Source: a virus (lineage: Duplodnaviria > Caudoviricetes). Taken from it: a stretch of 64,000 bases of DNA. Shown here one piece after another: positions 53,551 to 62,300 of this stretch. A model generated the notes under the pieces. It made no database searches. It had not been told where the DNA came from and saw only the letters and a program-made list of their open reading frames with translations. Location: the IMG/VR virus record IMGVR_UViG_3300027779_000028, positions 1,524 through 65,523 of that record, one strand, 5' to 3'. A program made the translations under genes and the position numbers. Position 1 is the first letter of the stretch. Every line of letters starts with the position of its first letter.

Positions 53551-55977
53551 GACAAGACACAACCGAATAATATAACCATATTTAAGAATATAAGAGAGAC
53601 CTCAACCCCTTTCCATAGGCATGTTGGATTTGTTTTAGACCGCATCAAAAATGGTGCGAGTAAGGTATTAGTTAAAAAAATACGTCAGGAGAAAGATAAG
53701 TCTAGGCGTAACGAATTAAAGAAAGACCTTCCCGCGATTTGTTTCAGTGGGAGGTTCGTTAAAAGAACGGATAGTTCCATTAAAGAGCATAGCGGATTTA
53801 TTTGTTTAGACTTTGATGGGTATACTAAGCAGAGAGACTTAGGTTCAGACAAAGAGAAGCTATCTAAAGACCGATATGTATATTCAGTATTCATATCTCC
53901 ATCAGGAGCAGGACTGAAGGCATTAATTAAAATACCGGATGATGCCACCAACCATGTAAATTACTTCAACTCTCTTGAGAAGTACTTTAATAACCCACAT
54001 TTCGATAAGACGTCAAAGAATATCAGTCGTGTCTGTTATGAGTCTTACGACCCTTTAGTATTCATTAATGAGAACTCTTCTTTATGGACGAAGCTAGATG
54101 AGACGCAATATGAAGAGGTAACACTTAAAGACCCTCCAACTATACCTATTACTGATGAGAATAAGATTGTAGACATCCTAGTTAAGTGGTGGGTAAAGAA
54201 GTACCCTATGAGCGAAGGTCAAAGAAACCAACACGCCTATGTCCTCGCTATGGCCTTCAATGACTTTGGTGTATACAAAAGTTTAGCTACGAGTATACTT
54301 CGTCAGTACTCTAGTGAAGATTTTAGTGAAGAAGAGATAGATAGAACCATCAATTCAGCATATAGTCGTACCGATAACTTCGGAACGAAGTACTATGAAG
54401 ATGAAGAGAGGATAAACTCTATCAGTAATCAGCTAAAGCGTGGAGCGTCAAAAAAAGAAATCCGTTCCCAACTAAAGGAGTCCAACTTGGAGAGCGGAGT
54501 TATAGAGGCGGTTCTTAATAGAATTGAGGCAGATAATGAAGCGCAAGTATTTTGGACTAAGAGTGACAAGGGGGTAATAAAGATTGAACATATAGAGTTT
54601 AAGAGATTCTTAGAGGATAATGGATTCTATAAGTTCTGTCCTGAGGGAGGTAAAAACTATGTGTTTGTTAAGGTGACGAATAATCTTATCGACCATACAT
54701 CTGAGAAAGAGATTAAAGATTTTATCTTAGAGTATCTTCTTGAACTTGGTGACTCTAGCATATACAACTTCTTTGCGGAGTGCACTCGGTACTTTCGTGA
54801 AGAGTTCCTCACGCTCCTTGCTACGATTGACATATACTTTGTTGAGGACACTAAGGACACTTCGTACCTATATTACCTTAATTGCTCCATATGTATAAGC
54901 AAGAAGGGTGTTACCATCATAGACTACATTGACCTCGGAGGGTATGTTTGGAAAGACCATGTCATAGATAGGAACTTTTCTATATGTGATGTAGGAGATT
55001 GTCACTATACTAAGTTTATAGGAAACATATGTGACAATACGAATGAAAGAGTAAGGTCTATGGAGTCTACTATAGGATACATGATGCATGGATACAAAAA
55101 TCTAAGCTACTGTCCTGCTGTGATTCTTAACGATGAAGTCATTAGCGATAACCCTGAGGGAGGCACCGGTAAAGGTTTATTCATGAATGCCTTAGGACAC
55201 ATGAAGAAATTAGTGGTGATAGATGGAAAGGCATTTGCATTTGAGCGCTCTTTTCCATATCAATTGGTGAGTGCTGACACTCAGATATTATGCTTCGATG
55301 ATGTGAAGAAGAACTTCGATTTCGAAAGATTGTTCAGTGTAGTAACTGAGGGATTGACTCTTGAGAAGAAGAATAAAGATGCCATTAAGATTCCATTCAG
55401 TAAGTCACCAAAGATTGCTATCACCACCAACTATGCTATCAAGGGTGCGGGTAATTCTTTTGCACGAAGGAAGTGGGATTTAGAGCTACACCAACACTAT
55501 AACAAGTACAATACTCCTATCATGGAATTTAAGAAACATTTCTTTGCTGATTGGGATGACACTGATTGGTGTAAGTTTGACAACTACATGGTGTCATGCT
55601 TAAAAGGATACCTCAATACCGGACTAGTAGAGAGTCAGCTTATTAACCATAAAGTGAAGGAGTTAGGTGAGAATACAAGCCATGATTTCATAGAGTGGTG
55701 TGGATTGATTAAAGGTAACGAGGTGAGTTTGTTACTTCAGTCAGATGTTAAGACTTACAAGCATGATATATATATAGACTTCATAACTGAGTACCCTGAC
55801 TATGCTCCTAAAGGAACTGAAACTATTTCTAGAACCAAATTCTATAAGTGGGTAGTATTGTATGCTACGTTAAAATATGATGTAATCCCTGATGAAGGAA
55901 GAGACTCCCATCGTGGGAGGTGGATTAAGATTTTAAGTGAGCCTAAAGCAGAGATTCAGGAATCATTATTTGCATAA
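53548..55977 (+). CDS. Primase-helicase (VirE-N/BT4734-like AEP domain, PriCT, SF3-like helicase)
   Basis: LKKDLPAICFSG...HSGFICLDFD...FISPSGAGLK...DKTSKNISRVCYESYDP; GQRN PriCT; Walker A GGTGKG, Walker B FDD, TTN. Confidence 0.85.
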   Translation: MDKTQPNNITIFKNIRETSTPFHRHVGFVLDRIKNGASKVLVKKIRQEKDKSRRNELKKDLPAICFSGRFVKRTDSSIKEHSGFICLDFDGYTKQRDLGSDKEKLSKDRYVYSVFISPSGAGLKALIKIPDDATNHVNYFNSLEKYFNNPHFDKTSKNISRVCYESYDPLVFINENSSLWTKLDETQYEEVTLKDPPTIPITDENKIVDILVKWWVKKYPMSEGQRNQHAYVLAMAFNDFGVYKSLATSILRQYSSEDFSEEEIDRTINSAYSRTDNFGTKYYEDEERINSISNQLKRGASKKEIRSQLKESNLESGVIEAVLNRIEADNEAQVFWTKSDKGVIKIEHIEFKRFLEDNGFYKFCPEGGKNYVFVKVTNNLIDHTSEKEIKDFILEYLLELGDSSIYNFFAECTRYFREEFLTLLATIDIYFVEDTKDTSYLYYLNCSICISKKGVTIIDYIDLGGYVWKDHVIDRNFSICDVGDCHYTKFIGNICDNTNERVRSMESTIGYMMHGYKNLSYCPAVILNDEVISDNPEGGTGKGLFMNALGHMKKLVVIDGKAFAFERSFPYQLVSADTQILCFDDVKKNFDFERLFSVVTEGLTLEKKNKDAIKIPFSKSPKIAITTNYAIKGAGNSFARRKWDLELHQHYNKYNTPIMEFKKHFFADWDDTDWCKFDNYMVSCLKGYLNTGLVESQLINHKVKELGENTSHDFIEWCGLIKGNEVSLLLQSDVKTYKHDIYIDFITEYPDYAPKGTETISRTKFYKWVVLYATLKYDVIPDEGRDSHRGRWIKILSEPKAEIQESLFA

Positions 55978-57416
55978 TGGATATACTAGAGAGAAGGTCC
56001 GGATATAGCAACGAGATGATGCATAAGCAGTGTATCATATTGCAGAATGTTGTTACTCAAACCAAAACCATTAAGTCCGGTAGGGGTAAGAATATAGAAA
56101 GCCGAGAAGTTCCTAAGGATAATATACCTAAGGATATTTTAGATAGGATTAATAACAGTGTAGAATATTACAAGAAACAGATGAGCAATAAGCTTCAATT
56201 TAGAGCCTACCAAGAAGAGATAATCTCCAAAGGGAAGCAGATACTTACATCCAAGAAGTTTTTATACCTAGCTATGGAGGTTAGAACAGGCAAGACCCTG
56301 ACGAGTTTAGGGATAGCCGAGGAACTTGGGTATGAGAATGTTCTCTTCATAACCAAGAAGAAAGCTATAAGCAGTATCACTGCTGACACAGACCTTCTTT
56401 GCCCAAGCTATGTCTTGTTTATTATAAACTACGAGAGCCTACATAAAGCTCCCGATGTTAAGTGGGATTTAATAATATGTGACGAAGCTCATGGTATGGG
56501 GTCATACCCGAAGCCAAGTAATAGAGCTAAAGCCGTGAAGGAGTTAATCAAGAAATGTAATAGCCATGTCATACTATTATCAGGCACACCTACTCCGGAG
56601 TCCTATAGCATGATTTACCATCAGGTGTATGGCATACCTAACAATCCGTTCCGTTCATTTAAGAACTTCTATGGATTTGCACGAGCGCATGTTAGGATTA
56701 AAGAGATAAAGATTAATGGCATGATGCATAAGAACTATGACGATGCTCCTGAGTCCGTCATGAATCTCATGAAGCCATACACTATAGCTTACACCCAAGC
56801 GCAAGCGGGGTTCAAGGTGGACACCCAAGAGCATATATTGTATGTAGATATGAAAGAGTCTACCTATGCTATGTGCAAGAAGCTCACAAAGGATTTAGTC
56901 TTAGAGGGTAAGTCTGAGGATATCTTAGCGGATACTCCGGTAAAGCTTATGCAGAAACTCCATCAGATGTACTCAGGTACGGTGAAGTTTGAAAGCGGGA
57001 ACTCCATGGTGTTGGATTATACCAAAGCTCACTTCATACGAGATAGTTTTGAGGGGCAAAAGGTTGGTATCTTCTATAAGTTTAAGGAGGAGTTAAACGC
57101 CTTGAAAAAAGTTTACGGAGACGACCTAACGACTGAGCTACCTGAGTTTGAGACCACCGATAAGAGTATCGCTCTACAGATTGTATCGGGAAGGGAAGGT
57201 ATATCTTTGAGACAAGCCTCTGCCCTTGTGTACTACAACATTGACTTCTCAGCCACTAGCTATTGGCAATCAAGAGATAGGATGACTACTAAAGATAGAC
57301 TCAAGAGCGATGTGTATTGGATATTCTCCAAAGGAGGTATCGAGGATAAGATATACAAAGCTGTCGTTAAAAAGAAATCATACACTGTAACACACTTTAA
57401 AAATCAAACCATTTAA
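55977..57416 (+). CDS. SNF2-like SF2 helicase
   Basis: MEVRTGKT, INYE, DEAH, LSGTP, SGREGISL, QSRDR. Confidence 0.85.
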   Translation: MDILERRSGYSNEMMHKQCIILQNVVTQTKTIKSGRGKNIESREVPKDNIPKDILDRINNSVEYYKKQMSNKLQFRAYQEEIISKGKQILTSKKFLYLAMEVRTGKTLTSLGIAEELGYENVLFITKKKAISSITADTDLLCPSYVLFIINYESLHKAPDVKWDLIICDEAHGMGSYPKPSNRAKAVKELIKKCNSHVILLSGTPTPESYSMIYHQVYGIPNNPFRSFKNFYGFARAHVRIKEIKINGMMHKNYDDAPESVMNLMKPYTIAYTQAQAGFKVDTQEHILYVDMKESTYAMCKKLTKDLVLEGKSEDILADTPVKLMQKLHQMYSGTVKFESGNSMVLDYTKAHFIRDSFEGQKVGIFYKFKEELNALKKVYGDDLTTELPEFETTDKSIALQIVSGREGISLRQASALVYYNIDFSATSYWQSRDRMTTKDRLKSDVYWIFSKGGIEDKIYKAVVKKKSYTVTHFKNQTI

Positions 57417-57427
57417 ATAAATATATT

Positions 57428-57643
57428 ATGCTTATAAAAAAATACAAAAAAGAACTAAGAAAAGAAAGAGCTGTTAGAAAATGCGCGAAGGATTGGGCTA
57501 AATATCCGGAGAGAAGGAATGAATATATGATTGCTCATGGAAAAACAAAAATACTCAATATGATAATTAAAGACTTATCAAACCTAGAGCAGCCTCCCAA
57601 AAGACTGAGTGTTATCACGAGATTAAAACATTGGTTTATATAA
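57428..57643 (+). CDS. Hypothetical basic protein
   Basis: ORF tiling. Confidence 0.45.
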   Translation: MLIKKYKKELRKERAVRKCAKDWAKYPERRNEYMIAHGKTKILNMIIKDLSNLEQPPKRLSVITRLKHWFI

Positions 57644-58083
57644 TGAGCAAGTTATTTGAGAACAAGGAGCATCTAGAGAGAGAAGAGAAAGCCATTAGGC
57701 TATGGACTAGGAATATGCCTGAAGGGAGCTATAAGAAGCTAGGAGGCTTTGATATAGACTTTCGTGTTTACTCCCCTACTACTGACACTTATGCATATGT
57801 AGAAGTTAAAGGTAGACACCAATATATAGACGATGCGTTCCCTTTGCCTATCGCAGCAAGGAAGTTGGTAAAGCTATACGACACTTTAAAAAAGGATTCA
57901 AAAGCCACGAAAGCATTTGTTATATGGGCGTGTAAGGATGGCATCATTGAAGGGGATGTGGACCTTCTTGTTGGCTCTGCTAGAGTAGGAGGAAGGTCTT
58001 ATCGAGAAGGCTCCACTCATGACTGCGAAGTGATGGTATATTATGATATTCAATTAGCGTTTAAAAAGACAATGTATAAATGA
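57631..58083 (+). CDS. PD-(D/E)XK nuclease-like protein
   Basis: FDIDFRV...AYVEVKGR motif. Confidence 0.6.
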   Translation: MVYIMSKLFENKEHLEREEKAIRLWTRNMPEGSYKKLGGFDIDFRVYSPTTDTYAYVEVKGRHQYIDDAFPLPIAARKLVKLYDTLKKDSKATKAFVIWACKDGIIEGDVDLLVGSARVGGRSYREGSTHDCEVMVYYDIQLAFKKTMYK

Positions 58084-58310
58084 TTAAATTTGTTACATAC
58101 GTCTTACGTTGGGTGAGTCAGAATTTAGCTATCCCCTTTTGGATGGTTGGTCATATCCATTTAACGTATAATGTGTATGCAGATATAAAAGAAATAATAA
58201 TATCATTAGGACTAAACATTGTAGTAGCCATTGGATTTTTCCTTGACTACTATAAAGAATATAAAGATGAGAGAGCAGCAGATACAGTCAAAGAGAATAA
58301 AAGAACTTGA
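58080..58310 (+). CDS. Small membrane protein
   Basis: Two hydrophobic segments. Confidence 0.5.
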   Translation: MIKFVTYVLRWVSQNLAIPFWMVGHIHLTYNVYADIKEIIISLGLNIVVAIGFFLDYYKEYKDERAADTVKENKRT

Positions 58311-58509
58311 GAATGAAGGGTATTATGTTATCAAGCTTATTCAGACCAATAAGAATGGTATACCTGACCTGATAGCGATACCCCCGGATTGCGGAGTATT
58401 GTTTAGTGAGGTAAAGCGCCCCAATGGAAGGTTATCGAAGCTGCAGGAATTTAGAATTAAAGAACTCAATAAACATGGAATCAAGACAGAGGTATACAGA
58501 GGAGGTTAG
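58267..58509 (+). CDS. VRR-NUC domain nuclease (Holliday junction resolvase-like)
   Basis: MREQQIQ...NGIPDLIA...FSEVKRPNGRLSKLQ. Confidence 0.85.
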   Translation: MREQQIQSKRIKELENEGYYVIKLIQTNKNGIPDLIAIPPDCGVLFSEVKRPNGRLSKLQEFRIKELNKHGIKTEVYRGG

Positions 58510-58798
58510 ACCATACGATTTTGACGTAGACTTTTTAGAAAGCCTTAGGGCTTTTGATAAACAGACCTCCGTTAGGGTTGTAATGATACTAGAAGATAAT
58601 GCGGATTCATTGCCAAAAGAAGATGGGTGGATTCAAGAGGCAGGATGTGTTTTAAAAGGACCTTATCCATTTTTCTTTATGATAAGGTTCTTGCATGAGT
58701 ATGGTAGTACTCCACTTTTTTTAGAGATTGAAGAAATTTACTGTGACGAATACCTAGATTTTATATTAGAAGACAAAATATTAATAGATTTAACATAA
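58475..58798 (+). CDS. Hypothetical acidic protein
   Basis: In-frame ATG MESRQRY; ORF tiling. Confidence 0.45.
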   Translation: MESRQRYTEEVRPYDFDVDFLESLRAFDKQTSVRVVMILEDNADSLPKEDGWIQEAGCVLKGPYPFFFMIRFLHEYGSTPLFLEIEEIYCDEYLDFILEDKILIDLT

Positions 58799-59193
58799 TG
58801 GACACACATAATACAGCTGATTTAAAGCAAATTATAGACGAAGTTTTCGAGCTTGACCTATTTAAAAAGACAAGACAAAGAGAATATGTAGACGCTCGAA
58901 GGGTGTTTTCTCATATCCTTTTAAAGGAGGGAGCTACCCTTTCAGGGGTAGGTGATATACTCTCCCTAAACCACGCTACCATTCACTTCTACACCAAAAA
59001 ATTTGAGTGGATTATTAAGTCAGATATTACCCTACGTGAAAAATATGAGCTTATTTTGACTCGATATAAACCCACTCCCAAAACTCCTGACGTATATTTC
59101 TTTAGTAATAAACAACTAATAGACGAGGTGTTACGGTTGAGAGAAGATGTGAATGTCTTAATTTCGCAAAAACTATGTCAGTGTAAAAAATGA
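58798..59193 (+). CDS. DnaA domain IV-like HTH protein (second copy)
   Basis: KKTRQREYVDARRVFSHIL...LSGVGDILSLNHATIHFY. Confidence 0.7.
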   Translation: MDTHNTADLKQIIDEVFELDLFKKTRQREYVDARRVFSHILLKEGATLSGVGDILSLNHATIHFYTKKFEWIIKSDITLREKYELILTRYKPTPKTPDVYFFSNKQLIDEVLRLREDVNVLISQKLCQCKK

Positions 59194-59393
59194 AAGACCC
59201 GGTATCAGTGTTTGAATTGCACAGAATTGCATACATCAACAAATTGATGAACCGCATTCATGACCGCACAAATTCACTGTATGAAAATCTAATGGATATA
59301 GATTTCAGCTCCGTGCGCGAAGACCTAAAAGAATTAAAGAATATCTTAGAGGAGGTAGAGAACTCTCTAGAAGATAGGTCTCGCGGTCTTTAG
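59190..59393 (+). CDS. Hypothetical coiled-coil protein
   Basis: Last plus-strand ORF; converges on the giant gene stop. Confidence 0.5.
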   Translation: MKDPVSVFELHRIAYINKLMNRIHDRTNSLYENLMDIDFSSVREDLKELKNILEEVENSLEDRSRGL

Positions 59394-62300
59394 TCGAAGC
59401 CTCCTTCTTCAAACCCTCCTTCAAACCCTCCTTCTTCAAACCCTTCTTCAAACCCTCCGTCTCCAAGTAGGTTCTGCTGACGCTTCATCTCCGTGTCTTC
59501 TATACGTAGCTGACGGTCATACTCTTCATTTATTTCCTCTATAGTCTTGGCTTTCTTCTCGTCTCGATTTTTAGGTCCTGTGATTTGATACTCAGAGAAA
59601 TTCATAAGTCTAAGAAGAGCCTCCCCTGTATTTTCATAATCTCCTGAAATCACCTTCCCATAATTAGTAATTAACTTAGAAAGAGTTGGAGCAGGGATAC
59701 CGGGAGGTACAATTGTCAGCATCTCTAAGTAAGCTTGCTTCATCTTAGCATCTTTTTTCGGACCCTCTTTCATCTTATCCGCAGCTTTTAGCTTTTGGAT
59801 AATTGAGGTCGCTACATTTAAAAGACCTAAAGACTTAGTCCCCTCACCGGCCCAAGGTTTCCCTTGGTAGTAGTCGGCTCCCATTCCGAGTACCTCTCCT
59901 GCTATAAACAATCCATTCAAAGGACCCATAATAGCGGCTCTCATTAAATCTTCGTCGTCGTCCTCACGGAACCCACGAAGAAGTCCCGGCAACCCCATAG
60001 ATATATATTGGAATAAGACAGGCATATATACATGATACATAAGTAGAGTTCTTAAATTCTCCTTTACACTCCCCTTACCTGCATTTCTATCCCATGCCTT
60101 TAATTTTCTACCTAAATTTCTTACGGCCTGTATATCCTTACGGAGATATTGTCTTGGGGTAGATAAGAAGAAGTTTGCAGCACGTTGCATAGGATGTCCT
60201 GTCTGATAGAAGTCTTTATCCTGCAAATCAGAAGACTGCTGTGTACGTTTGGTATCCCTCTCGAACTTACGGATAGCAATTTGAATTGCCTCCTGTTCCG
60301 TTTCTCCTGATTGTATAGCTTGGTCTTTATAGTAAGAGTAGTTTGCGGCTCCACCTAAAAATATAGCGTTCCTATCTCCGAACTTCACCATATACATCAT
60401 GAAGTTAACCATGAAGTCTTTAGTAGGGCTAGGAACGAACTCTTGCATAGCAGACTCAGAGTAGGTCTCCATAGCCCTCATAAGGCTCTGTGTGCCTCTC
60501 TCTTGCATATACACGGAGTTATCTCTCATCTCTTGGAAGACTCCATTTAACTCTATCATATTCTTAGCTGAATACTTTAGCCAATTTCTACTTCCGATAT
60601 CATTAGCGTAAGTAAAGGTAGAAGTAAGTTGCTTAATCATAATCAGAGGAGAGATAGCAAGTCTAGCTATAATAAACATAGTGTTCATAGCATTGAAAAC
60701 CTTAGACCACTTCTCTGTTTGAACTCCTTTGTTTGCTATCTTCTGTATGGAGTTATCAATTAATTTTACAGTATTATCTCCATGTATACTTCTGATAGCA
60801 CCCCTAATATATTCATTCGTGAATATTTTATTTATATCTCGGATACTCTCGGCATAAGCTGCGAAATACTCCATATCATGTATGTATGACATGAGAGCAT
60901 CTGTCCCATCCATAGGAAGAATCTTTACTGTATTCTTTATTCTCGATAGAGTTGAGGCCTCATTCACAGAGTTGTTAAATGATGCGGTTCCTCCTGATAG
61001 AAGGTCGAGGGGAGCAACCTCTACTCCATCTCTATATATCCTTCCGGAATAAAACTCATTCCACGGCATATTCGTACGATAGATTTTTTTGTATACCTCG
61101 TTATAGTGCTCATACAATTCAGGGAAAAGCTCATTGACTTGCCAATCTGCAAAAGCTTTTACTTCAGGAGTAAGGGCCTCTTCTATCTCAGATAGTATCT
61201 CTTTATATTTTGGTCCATACATAGTCTCAAAAGCACCATCGTTAGACGGGTCTTTGTGTTGGTTGTATAGATAAGACATTTGATTTTGAGTATATATCTT
61301 CTCACTGTTATCAATAGCTTCGTCAAGTTTCTCTTGTGTCTCAGGGGTAGGGTTGGCATCAAATGCTTTCTGAGCTTTCGCAAGCTGCTCTTGATTGACA
61401 GAGAATGTGTGGGCAAGTTGACGATTCTTCCTTAGCTTCGGCTTCCAATTTTTTCCGTAAATCTCTACAAGTTTTTGCTCTACCCTCCCGGAGGTATACA
61501 TAGTTCTTTCTTTAAAGGTTCTAGATGATTCATCTATCTTCCCTGTTACCATATCTTGAAGTGCCCCACCAAAGAGCTCTCCCGGAAGCTTACCTATTTT
61601 ATCCATTAATCCATCCAACCCTTCGTGGTCAGTGAAAAAATCTCCTGCGTTTTGTAGAAAGTTTTGGAAGAAAAACTTAACCCTTCCTGCCACTAATTTT
61701 TTATTCGCAATATTTTGCAATCCTGTTTTATTTCTTTCTAACTCTGCTTCAGCATCTTCTTCTTTTAGGCTAACCACTTTACCTGTAATCTCCTCATAAG
61801 CAATCTCAAACTGTCTTTCGTATTCAGCCTTATCCTTAGCGAGGATAGCTTGTAGGACGGTACGCCCAAAGTCTACCATCTCTTGCAGATTAGTGTTTAC
61901 TTCATCAAGAGAGGCTACTTTATTAGAGTCTGTGTTCTCCATAACTAAAGAGTTATTAAACTCCATAATTACCTGCAGGTTAGCCATCTCAGTAAGCTCC
62001 TCTATAGTTGCATCAGTCTTTATGCTTAACTCATTCCACGCTTTTTGAAGCAGTGTATTAGCCTGCACTACATCTTCTTCAGTTATAGCGGCAATTTCTT
62101 TATCTGTTTTCCCTTTTACTAGAAGACGGTTCCTTATAGAGGTGAGCCTCTCTAAAGTCGCCACATCAATCTTTATCCCTTTCTTTCTCCCTCCTTCCGT
62201 TTTGGTGTACTTATCGTTAAGTAGGCTGTCTATACTTTTTTGAAGAGTCTTTACGTTTTCAGATATTACAAACTCAGTAATCTCATTCATAAGATTCTCT

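Noticed and set aside
53330-53575. 81-aa ORF before the primase
   Set aside because: Overlaps the hairpin and origin-like element; low-complexity translation
42242-56389. Short minus-strand ORFs in the early/replication region
   Set aside because: Antisense shadows of plus-strand genes
59395-59460. CCTCCTTCTTCAAAC tandem repeat as a non-coding element
   Set aside because: Explained by the (E)EGGF acidic C-terminal tail of the giant protein
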